Below are positions 50,001 through 61,168 of a stretch of DNA of 64,000 nucleotides, piece by piece. The notes beneath the pieces were generated by a model, which saw nothing but the letters and a program-made list of their open reading frames with translations, searched no databases and was not told the DNA's origin. How positions within the stretch are numbered: the first letter of the stretch is position 1; the number at the start of each line of letters is the position of its first letter. The position numbers and the translations under genes were made by a program. Origin of the DNA: Mytilus edulis. Lineage: Eukaryota. The stretch spans positions 45,446,001 through 45,510,000 of the forward strand of contig NC_092344.1 in NCBI RefSeq assembly GCF_963676685.1, in the 5' to 3' direction.

Positions 50001-53000
50001 TTTATATTAACCACAACAATAAAACAAAGGAACACAGGCTTAAATTGATGGGTTGCACAGATTGTTTCTTAAACAATGGAGAATTGACTTTACTGAACAT
50101 TTAATACGGTATATTAAGTTCCAAAGTCTGGAAAATTTTTCAAACAATTTGATAATACTATAGTAGCAGGCGCATAATTTCAGTATTTGTGCTATTCAAA
50201 GATATTGATAATGGGTAAAATTGAGAATGGAAATGGGTAATGTGTAAAAGAGACAACAACCCGATCAAATAGCAGAAAACAGCCAAGTCCGCAAAAGAAA
50301 AATGTGTACTAGTTCTGTGAAAATGGACGTCAAACTAAACTCCTAAACACATAAATAAACTAAAGTTGAAATAAGATAAAAGACTAACAAAGTCCAGAGG
50401 TTCCTGACTTGGGACAGGCACAAAACGGGGTTTAACATTATGTTAGATCTCAACCCTCGCCCTACAACTTAAGCCAACTAAGAATAAACAAACACACGGC
50501 AATACGTCCAGCCAAACAAATATATAGTGATAGTTAAACAGTTACAGTATTGTTACGAAATTGATTATTTAAGATATAACCTGATGTATAAATGCTTCAC
50601 GACTGTTTGTTCAATTCTATGTTTAGATATTCCAGCGCAGGATAAATGGGGAAATCAATTTCTTTAGAGACTGGGAATCGTATAAGCGTGGATTTGGTAA
50701 AATGAGTGGAGAACATTGGTTAGGTAATGACTATGAAACTGTATGAGATTGTAAATTTGAAATTATTCCCATGCCACTTTTTCAAACTTTCGTTAATCTT
50801 TTCTTTTATTTTGGTATTTTGGGGAGGTATACCCCATACCCTTGATAACTGATATTTATGGTTTTTCTTACAAATTTAAGAATTTATTGTATTATGAACA
50901 AATTTTAAAAAATGTGTACTTTTACCTCAACAATAATAAATTCTTTTATTAAATACAAAGATTTGGTCCTACCTGTATCAATCCTACAACACACAGACAG
51001 GCATATTATTCTATTTTACGGTGATGATATTTAAAACATGATGAATGTCAGCGTATTGTTTTTTTGCATATAAACTTATTTTTCAAAAACCATTGTATAA
51101 AGGATATTACTTCCAGTTATATAGTACATACAATATATAAACCAAACATGTATAATACAGTTGCTATCCAATTGTTAACACTGATGAGGTCAAACAAAAA
51201 ATACGTGTGTTTTGGATTGATTCCTTAACGATGATAGGGTAAGTTGGTAGGTAAGATTTCTAGGGGCTTATTTCAATACACGGTTAGTTGTGATGTTACG
51301 TCCCTTTATAAAAACAAAATGGTACTGAGAAAAATCTTAAAAGTTGAAAGATTGAAATAAATTCATAAAACACATTTAAATCTAACAAGTTGTTACTGGT
51401 TGGCGTTTGTTTTTGAATAACCAATGACATATAGTTTCTTAATGCTAACGATATTGAAGACTTGCTCACTGTGATAAAAGACTAGTTTATGGCCATATGT
51501 TAAGTTAGTCGGTAAGATAAATTCGTGACATAGTGTACTAGTGATGTAATACGGTAGATATTGGGTCAGTTAAATCAATATTGGCACTCGAGCTTCGCTC
51601 TCACCCAATCATAATTTACTGACCCCATATATACCGTATTAGGTCACTAGCACACTATGCCTATATTCCTTTAATGAATTGTTGAATAGCTTGGATGCAC
51701 GATGATATATCATTTTCTTACAGGTAATGAACATTTGCATCAGCTGACTTCCCACGAAACGTACATGCTTAGGATAGACATGACAGACTTTGAGAACAGT
51801 AAGGATAGTAAAAGACATGCTGTTTATAGCACATTCTCTGTTAGTAGTGAACACTCAGGATATAAACTAGATGTCACTGGCTACTCTGGAGATGCAGGTG
51901 AGAAAAAGTTCTTTAATTATTATAACCACACTCTAGGTTAGAGGTGGGATTTATTTCATTTACCTTGCCCTAAAAATGTATTACGTCACATTACATTTGA
52001 GCGTCTTCTGGATCAGTCAGGCAATCTCTACCTGTTTTCCAATACTTTGTAATACGAGTAGTGTATGCTACATACAACAACGCTTACCCTTTTGTTATAT
52101 TTAGGAATGTATAGGCACTTAACTTGATAGTTTTGTAGTTTCTCTATTCTTTAATATCGACCACCAACAAAGGATGATATTTATATTTATATGAAACTCT
52201 TGTGCAAAAAAAGCTAGGTCACAATATTCATTTGGGTATCTAGTTTACAATATGTGCCCAATGACCTCGCCTGTCATTCAACTTAGCCGACATGGCCAAA
52301 GATAGAACATTCAGGTATTAAGCAAATTTTGTCTATTTTGAAACAGTATGAAGGATAAATTCTTTTTTTTAAATTATGTATTTATACAAAGTCATTTGTT
52401 TTACAAAATCGGCCATACCGATTTTTGGACAAAATTGCAACTGTTTACAAATATAAAATACAAAATAATAAACATGTATTTAGTCTATGAGGTACTAAAT
52501 GGTTAATGATGTTGGCCCCTAAGGTGTACTATGGTTTTGATCATGGGTACGAAATGTTGAGTGTTGAGTACGAAACTGTAATTTTGGCCTTTCATCTTGA
52601 AACTTGAAAAGCTAGACATGAACTTAATCAGAAACAACGACTAGCTTGTCGACGTGATGTACTATAAAGACTGCATGGCCAGAATCTCAGTCGGTCTCTT
52701 ATTGAATAAGTTGATATTGATAACGAATTGTATCATCAATATTTTGCGTTAGTGCCTTTATCTTAGCTTTAATGCAAAAATAATCATTATCATCATCCTC
52801 ATCATAATCATATTTTACTACTTTATAGTCCTATATCGCGTTTGTATTCTATTAATTTGTAGGTGATGCTATGAAGAAGCACCAAAATGGAAGCACATTT
52901 TCGACGTTCGATAAAGATAATATAGGAAACTGCGCTGTAGATCATAAGGGTGGATGGTGGTATGGTGCATGTCACGAAAGCAACTTAAATGGCCTCTATC

Positions 53001-53110
53001 TAAAAGGAAGCCACAAAATCGACAAGTATGCTTTTAGTGTTGTCTGGTATCAATGGAAGGGTTTCATGTATTCACTGAAGACAACAATCATGATGATCCG
53101 AAGAATATAA
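44045..53110 (+). CDS. Fibrinogen-related domain protein (FReD/FREP), gene C
   Basis: Exons 44045-44156 ([37 protein letters not shown]), possible micro-exon 46310-46351, 47391-47519, 49297-49427, 50627-50723, 51724-51897 (9-nt in-frame insertion), 52863-53110. 296 aa (310 with the micro-exon); FBG motifs intact. Confidence 0.92.
46310..46351 (+). CDS. Putative 42-nt phase 1-1 micro-exon of FReD gene C ([14 protein letters not shown])
   Basis: Pyrimidine-rich acceptor tgttttcag, open frame, donor G|gtatat, length a multiple of 3, phase matching exons 1 and 2. No transcript support is available. Confidence 0.45.
49736..50256. repeat. Two-copy ~260-bp direct tandem duplication in intron 3 of gene C
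   Basis: aacaataaaacaaaggaacacaggc...ttgagaatggaaat occurs twice, nearly identical. Confidence 0.9.
51529..51659. repeat. ~130-bp imperfect palindrome (foldback MITE-like)
   Basis: catagtgtactagtgatgtaatacggtagatattgggtcagt pairs with actgaccccatatataccgtattaggtcactagcacactatg. Confidence 0.8.
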
Positions 53111-55002
53111 AATAACGGACATAATTCCTGGAAAATAACAAATTTTGATATTAGTCTTTGAAAATTATTTATTATTTATATGCTGGCATTCATGAATATT
53201 CGTTAACAATATAACAAAGTGCTGAAAATGTCTTCGTAAGCTATTAACGTGTATGTCTTCATAAAGTTACTTTTATTGCCATTAATAATATAAATTTATA
53301 TTATGGAATGTATATCAGAATGGTGGCTATCCTTGGAACTTAATACAATAATGGCCCGTAGAAAAATTGAATATCCAAAATTGTAAACTCGGGATGTTTA
53401 CCTCCACTGATGGCGCAGCCTGAAGTGAATTAATTTGTTAGGGTTGGCAATTTTGGATATTATTGCTTCTAAAAGGCCACAATTGATTTATCATACCGAA
53501 GTCACAGTTGAACCATTTGAAGCACGTACCTTACTGTATAGTAACGAACACAGGTAACGCTCTTGCACTTGGAAAGCAGGTCACGGTTTGACCCCAAATT
53601 TATCAGCAACAATAGAGTCACGTGACCGTGAAAATTCAGTAAAAAAACAACCTCATTTTAACTCACTAAATACTATTGTCGTAATAAAAACTTATTGACC
53701 TAACTAATCTTGAGTATCCATAGTTTATTCTCGTCAAAGCTCATTCATCAAATCAAAGTCCTTTATTCTTTATTTTATCTGCAAACTTGGAGTTTGGGTG
53801 AAAATTGTCAAGTCTCCTGATCGAAAAATCTAAATATCTACGAGGAAACTAAAAATGATGGGCTGAATTTAAATTTAATAAAGCATCTCATTAAGACAAA
53901 CACTCGATATGAATATCTCGGCAATAGAATGTTGGATACGCAAACGTCAAATTGATTTCAAAACGAAGCGGTGGTTTTTATGCCGATTTGTGCAAGTGGT
54001 TATCTCCCCTTAATATCACCAGTCAAAAATAAAAAAAACCCAGCAAAATGCATAAAAATTAAAAAAGGAGTTTACTTTACAAAAATTAGAAAGAAAATAA
54101 ACGAAACTCGATTTATAACTATGTTATGATAATATAAAGAAGAGATGCCGCCCTATTTTTCAGAGAAGGACTAAATGTAAAAAATTAAATGACAAAATAT
54201 TACTGTACTGTAGATCTAGTAAAAAAAAAACAATTCAGAAAATGTGGATGATGACACCTACATGTAAAATTAAAAACCTAGCTATATTGAAAGAAATTAG
54301 ACCTGGCGGATGAATACATGTAATTTTTATATGTGGGATCATTCCTAGCAGAATTTTTTTAAACACTTCTGATTATATTTAATGCAATAAAACATAGTTT
54401 ATACAATTTCAATAATCTTTCTGAAAATTGATATAATTATTAAATAAATAGTACTGATCATATATATTTTATATTCTATAAAGTGTGACCAAGAGTCACA
54501 ACAAATTTCTTCAAATTAAGAGAGCCTTTAAACTCAAGCCTATGTTTCTTAGTTGAACAGTAACATACAAAAAAGGGATTAATAAGATTTATACCAAAAA
54601 TATTGACAGAAATTCTGTAAAAAAAATATGCTTTAAATTATAAGTGAAAGTGACACAGTTTTGAATTTCAGAATCATTATTATTGTAAAATTAAACTATT
54701 AGATTAGCTTGCACAGTAGCCCTTTGTCTTATTTCTCAGGGTATTTTATAGATTATGAAAGTAAACTTTTTGGAAAAATTGGGCTTCTTCTCTTGAACAG
54801 GTTGCTGTATCAGCTGCTTTAATTACATATTAACAAACAAAGTATATATTGTATATATACTTTACCTGAATACTAGTAATAGGAAATGAAATGAAACTGG
54901 TGGGACAAATTTTGTGCATTTTACTTCAATAATGATCAATGATGCTTAAATTTGACAAGAATTTGCCATTTGAATAAATTCAATTTTGTAAGAACACACC
55001 TC

Positions 55003-55169
55003 CAGTGGCGGATCCAGGGGGGGGGGGGGTTCCGGGGGTGTGCGCACCCCCCTTTATTTTTGCCGATCAATGCATTTGTATCGGGACATATGTTTTGCAC
55101 CCCCCCCCTTTTGCCCTGGGTGCCCTGGGTTAGCACCCCCCCTTTCGAAAATTCCTGCATCCGCCCCTG
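55003..55169. mobile_element. Short G/C-run MITE (CAGTGGCGGATC termini)
   Basis: CAGTGGCGGATCCAGG...CCTGCATCCGCCCCTG; relatives at ~2463-2594, 8100-8203, 61666-61829. Confidence 0.7.
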
Positions 55170-56559
55170 ACCTCTATGTTTGGCTGACTTGGCTTGATAA
55201 GCTAGTTTTTGCTCTTATTACTATAAAATTGAGAATGGAAATATAGCTTACTAAGTAAAGAGATAATAATATAAACAAGATTTTATTAACTGACCTTCAT
55301 TTACTTTTTTCATATGTTTTTTTTCCTACAGAATTTTCTTTGCAATGCATTTTCTATTGCTACTTTTGTGCCTTTGTCCATCCAGTAGGCTATCAATAAT
55401 TTGTCAGATCTGTCAGAATTTTCCAAGACGTTTAGCTTTAACACAATAAAGAGGATCTTTGTTTGTCGTTTCACTTTAATTTCGAATGTGTAAATTTTTA
55501 CTATGCACATGACCCTGACACATATTTTGTTATAAACGTTTCATGACGTATGTTGAAAAAAGATAACATTGTCACCGTCAATTTGTGTAGGGGATCAAAA
55601 GGGGTTTTAGTTACTTTAAAATACAAGTATCGTATGGAATTGTAAAAATCCACAACTTTTAATCAAAATTTCATTCATGTTTTCAATAAAATCAGTATTT
55701 TAGAGCACTTTGAAACAGGTACAATTATAAAGAAGCTAAATTTCACTGTTTTGAAGTAGAAACGTAGCTAAAACCAGATACAAATTGACAAGGCTGGTGG
55801 TCACTAAAATTGATGTATAAAAGTAAAAAATGATGGCTTCAAAACAGTGTATGAATTTGAAATAGGTTTCCCGGTTCCATTTAAGATTATAAACGTTCTT
55901 TTCTGTATTTGGATACGCAAACGTCAAATTAGGAAAAATCGATTTTTTTTGGCGAACTAAAAAGATGCTATTTTTTTTAGAACGGACAGGATAAAGGAAT
56001 AGCATTCACAAGCTATTTTTTGTAATGTTTGTATGTCGTAAAGAAATTATATTGGTCACAAAACCTACATATTTTAAAATTTAACTATAATAAAAGCATG
56101 ACAAGTTGCAAAAAATACTTTAAACGTCAATCTTTTAGCCGATTGATTTGGCGGACTTTTTGACGTTACGGACGACTGTAGCGCCACCTAATTAATTCCC
56201 CCTGCTATTGTTGCTGATAGAGCTTGACGACAACGGCCGTATCGAAGGACTTGCTTTCCAACTGTTGCTGCCAGAAAATATCCAAGGTTGCATTTTGTGT
56301 GACGTTACATGCCAAACAATTACGTCATTCGATATATGACGTCACACCATAATAACCTTTATATGTGAAACCCATTGAAGAAAGATGTTACTCTGTTTAA
56401 CCTTGGGGCAGCAATGATGAGAAGCTTGCGAAGATTAAAACATGGACATATATGTTCCCCCGGCACCAAGAGGGTTAACGTTCGGAAATAAATTTGTGTC
56501 TTTGAATTTCTCATAGGAATAACAAATACATTTTTTCCATACCTTGTATGTTTTAGTTC

Positions 56560-56727
56560 ACCTGCACAACATACAAGAAAACAACTGCCACAAAACCCAA
56601 ATGCTTATGAATGATCTCGTCTAGAAGGCCCTTTCTTCATGGTGTAGCATTTTTTATGATGCGTTTCAAAGTACTCGTCCAAGCATTTGGGTTTTGTGGC
56701 AGTTGTTTTCTTGTATGTTGTGCAGGT
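56560..56727. repeat. Perfect 47-bp inverted repeat with 74-bp spacer
   Basis: 56560-56606 is the exact reverse complement of 56681-56727. Confidence 0.92.
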
Positions 56728-59140
56728 TTTCTCACTGTAGATCTGGAATCTGACACAGTCACAGATCTGTTCTCATTTGAATTTTTGAGCTGTTTTTTTT
56801 CGATTCTAAGTCCTTATTCAACCCAACTTTTTTGTCATCTTTCTTCCATTTTTCTACTGTTTCTCTACCACTGCCTTTGTTTTTCTTTATATTGTTTATA
56901 AAATTTGGAATTCAAAGTTCTTCTTTCTTTAAGCCTTTTTTTGTTAGCTTGGTTTTGTAGGTTTGTTTTTTTTTTTTTTAAGATTGTCCAACTTCCTCTG
57001 ATCATTTTTCAATTTTATATTCAGCCAGTATTAGCGGGTTCTCTCTTTCCAAGTCTTTTTCTTGAATCATTTCTTCTAGAGAATTTTGCCTGGCTTATGT
57101 CAGCAAGTTTAGTGGATGTTTAAGGGAATGGAAGTTTTACCAAAAGTTTCTTCATTTTACTAGCTGTCTTTCAATTATCTGTCCTAAAAATAAAGCTAAT
57201 TTTCATATTTTTCTTAAATTGTTAAATTCATGTCAGGAGTGTGACGAATTACATCTGAATGGTTAATCCTTGAAACATCTTTAAATATACCATTTTAAAT
57301 CAAAATAATTGTTCTATTTTGTACAAAATTCATTTCCTCACTTTCCTATATGATATTATAGTTGTACACACTTATTTCCTTTGATAAATTTGCATTACTG
57401 TGCACAAAAAATAGAAAAATAACTAATTAAAACTCATTGTGCCAAAACAATCATGATAAATAACACATTGTAAATGATAGGAATATAACTTGGTTTTAAC
57501 ATTTCTAACACAAAGAAACTTGTGGGACTTGTCCTTGTGAAATTATGAATTGACAGAAAATGTCTTAAAAAAAGCGTCACACTCCTGACATATATAATGC
57601 ACTCCCACATCTATGATATAAACATATCACAGTTGTAATAAATTTTTGTCTTCTCTTTGAAATAGCCACTTCTTAAAAATAAAGAAGAAGAAAACATTTA
57701 AGTCCTATCTATTTTTTGGTAGATGTTTAAAGACAGTTGTCACACTCCTGACATTTTTGGGTGCCTCTCTTTGTATATTTTGTAAATGGCCCTTAAAAGA
57801 AAGTCCTGTTCTATGGCAAATGATATCAGTAATTGAAATCAATGATAAAGCAATGTGTTAAGTGAATTTTTGTGAAAGTTTAAAGCATTTTTCAATCTTT
57901 GTAACATATGTCAGGAGTGTGACAAAATACTGAAAATAGAAGGCTTTTTCTACATACAATTACATAAAAATGGTACAATGAAATGACATTTTTTTTTGCA
58001 AATGATCACAAAAACTCAGGGCTTTCAAAGTTTACTATTTTAACTGAAATATATTAAGATTCTTTTTTTATTGGCAAAAACTTCAATCACTAGTTGTTAT
58101 TATTTTTTTTCAAATTAAGCTATTCAATTTGATTGTTATTATATGAAAAGATGGAAATTTTGGTTTTAAAATTTTTCTTTTTCTATTGACTTTCATTTGG
58201 AAAAGGTTTGAGCAATGTTTTTTTAACTGTTTAATAACCAAACTTGTTTATAAGTAGTATGGTTTCTGTTCAAATTTTTTGAGATGTATGTTATTAAAAT
58301 TTAAGATTATTCAATGTATCTGCTTCATTCTGCCTAAAACTTTGGAATTATAAAATTTAAAGTATCGGTAATAGGGTAAGACAAAAAGAAATACAAAATA
58401 TTGAGTTTGAAATTGGACCCCACATGTCACACTTTTGCCTCATTTTTTTTAAAAATGGCCCATATGCATGTATCTGGGATCTAATCCTTCTTGCCCGTTT
58501 ACATAAGCCCCAGTAACACTGTCACGTTTCGGCTATCCCGTTTTGCTACGTTTTCAAAACGTAGCGAAACGGCAATATCCGTAGTGAATCGTATCGATCC
58601 GTACTTAAAACGGCTATATACGTAGTTATGCGTAGATTGATCATGTAAAGAAGAATTCACATCATGTAAAGAAGAATTCACATCATGTAAGCAACATTTG
58701 CATCATGTCATAGTATTTTCTTATTATAAGGCAGTGATGGCGTTCCATATTGATACGTGATCGGTGCCGTTTGTATTGGTCTGCACAATACAAACGTGAC
58801 TAAAAATGAAAACGTAGTACTAACGTAGAAAAGCGCAGTAAAACGTAGAAGGAACGTAGAAATGCGTATTAGAAACGTACCTGATACGTTCTAAAACGTA
58901 TTTGATTATAATCACTAGGTGTTATTACGTTTAAGTACGTATCTGCCACGTTGCATTAGGTTTTTGTACGGTATATTACGCTTCATGGTACGCATTAATA
59001 GGTTTCATCACGTTATTCTAGGCATTATTACGTATCGATGCGTATTACTACGCATGATTACATTCTTCTACGTATAATCAAACCACGTGTATCTATATTT
59101 CTCGCCATTTGCTAAAATAGTTTGTCAGTCTTACAGCAAG

Positions 59141-60420
59141 ATGGACAGACAACGGATGGAAATGACAAATTATGGATTATTGATACACAATCATATTTTG
59201 AAATTGAGAATGTTGTTAAACAGACACAGACATAAACGAATAGATCGCAGAGTGCGCACGGTATGGGTAAGGGATTGTATAGGTAGAAGATCTCAGTTTG
59301 GTTTTTATGCACAGCTGTTGGATGAATTGAGATGTGAAGACACCGTTTCTTTCAAAAACTTTTTGAGAGTTGATCCAACCATGTTTCAGGAAATTGTTAA
59401 TAGATTAACACCAAGGCTACAAAAGAAAGACACGTGGTACCGAAAGGCATTGCCAGTTGGTCTTAAAGTAGCAATAACCCTTCGATATCTAGCCACAGGA
59501 GACAGTTATCATTCACTTATGTATTTATTTAGAGTGCCGCACAACACGATATCCAATCTTGTAGTACAAGTCTGTGAAGCAATTATTTCCGAGTCTGCTG
59601 AAGATGTTATCAACACACCTACGGAAGAAGCTGAATGGCTAGCCATTTCGCAAGAATTTAGTGATATGTGGCAGTTTCATCATGTGCTAGGTGCACTAGA
59701 TGGGAAACACGTTGCTATCAAATGTCCGGCTGGTGGTGGTTCTAAATACTATAATTATAAAGGATTCCATTCTATAGTTCTAATGGGCTTAGTAGACGCT
59801 AATTATAAATTCAAATGGGTTAACGTTGGCGCACCAGGTGCTTGCTCTGATGCACAAATTTGGAATCAGTCAGACTTAAAAAATCATATAATTGATGAGA
59901 ATATGCACATACCAAAAGCAGAGCCTCTTCCGAATGATGACAAAGACATTCCGTACTTCATCGTTGGTGACGACGCGTTCGCCCTCAGAGTTGGCTAATG
60001 AAGCCCTTTTCTAGGAGGAACATGACCCTTGAAGAGAGAGTTTTTAACTACAGGCTATCGCGATCACGAAGAGTTGTTGAAAACGCATTTGGGATACTTG
60101 CAAATCGATTTCAATGCTTACTTTCAACTTTAAAGCAAGAGCCTAACAATGTCGTATCCATTATTCTGGCCTGTGTTTGTCTGCACAATATAATGAGGAT
60201 AAGATATCCAGGTGATCAGAACATTTTGTTAGACAGAGAAGACGAGAACCACCATCTTTTACCTGGAGCTTGGCGAGACGAAACAAACCTGAAGGACATT
60301 GATGATGTGCAAGATCGCAACTATCCTAACAAGGCAGCAAAACAACAAAGACTGTATCTTAAACACTATTATTCGTCACCTGCAGGAAAAGTTCCATGGC
60401 AAGAACGGATGGTTCAATAA
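59141..60420 (+). pseudogene. Harbinger (HARBI1-like, DDE_Tnp_4) transposase with a single 1-nt frameshift
   Basis: Motifs LRYLATGDSY, GALDGKH, YYNYKGFHSIVL, IVGDDAF, FNYRLSRSRRVVENAFG, CLHN. ORFs 59087-59998 and 59998-60420 join at AGA GT TGG CTA ATG AAG CCC (~59990), one base short of R-x-W-L-M-K-P. Confidence 0.9.
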
Positions 60421-60677
60421 CGTTTTTTAACTGTCTTATCGTAGTATATTTGAATGATAAGTATATGATTTGTACTTTTGTTTATTTAACTTTGAATGTA
60501 TCAAAAAATATTATCATGATACATGTAATTAAACTTTAAGAAATTCTTCTATCAATACCAGTTTTCTGGTCTTTTAAAAACAATGGCACGCATGGGTCAG
60601 CATACTTAGGATAAATTGAAAATTTCATTATTATAACACTAAAACAACAAGACAAATCAAAATCAAAAAAAAAACTT

Positions 60678-61008
60678 TGGGATCCCGCTAACATATTTAA
60701 CCCCGCCGCATCATGTATGCATGTGCCTGTCCCAAGTCAAGAGCCTGTAACTCAGTGGTTGTCGTTTGTTGCTGTGTTACATATTGTTTTTCGTTCATTT
60801 ATTTGTACATTAATAAGGCCGTTAGTTTTTTTTTCGTTCGAATTGTTTTACATTTGTCATTTCGGGTCCTCTTATAGCTGACTATGCGGTATGGACTTTG
60901 CTCAATGTTGAAGGCCATACGATGACCCATAGTTGTTAATTTCTGTGTCATTTGGTCTCTTGTGTAGAGTTGTCTCATTGGCAATTACACCACATCTTCT
61001 TTTTTTAT
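60678..61008. repeat. Family 2 copy inserted between the Harbinger ORFs
   Basis: Reverse complement of the family 2 sequence at 18220-18425 and 46955-47170. Confidence 0.8.
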
Positions 61009-61168
61009 ATTAACCAACAAAATAATCACTCAAACAAAAAAACTTTTAATTTTACAGACAACTGTCATAATACATGAAATAAACAAACTGTCTACATAAT
61101 AGAGTCGTCTTTTAATGTCATTCATATAAAACTTTAAAACACCTGTACGGTTCCTGGTATGAATAAGT

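Noticed and set aside
51181-51200. CTGATGAG as another hammerhead
   Set aside because: No helix II or GAAA follows.
53340-56400. Patchy inverted and direct similarities (53440-53620 versus 56200-56290; ttggatacgcaaacgtcaaatt at ~53932 and ~55909) as one defined transposon
   Set aside because: Too degenerate to fix termini, TSD or class by eye; probably old repeat debris.
693-58681. The many 60-130 aa ORFs in the supplied track outside the exons listed
   Set aside because: They are low-complexity F/L/I/K-rich translations of introns and repeats, or antisense shadows of real exons, with no recognisable domains.
59985-60000. Programmed ribosomal frameshift joining the two transposase ORFs
   Set aside because: No slippery heptamer is evident; a simple 1-nt deletion or sequencing error explains it.
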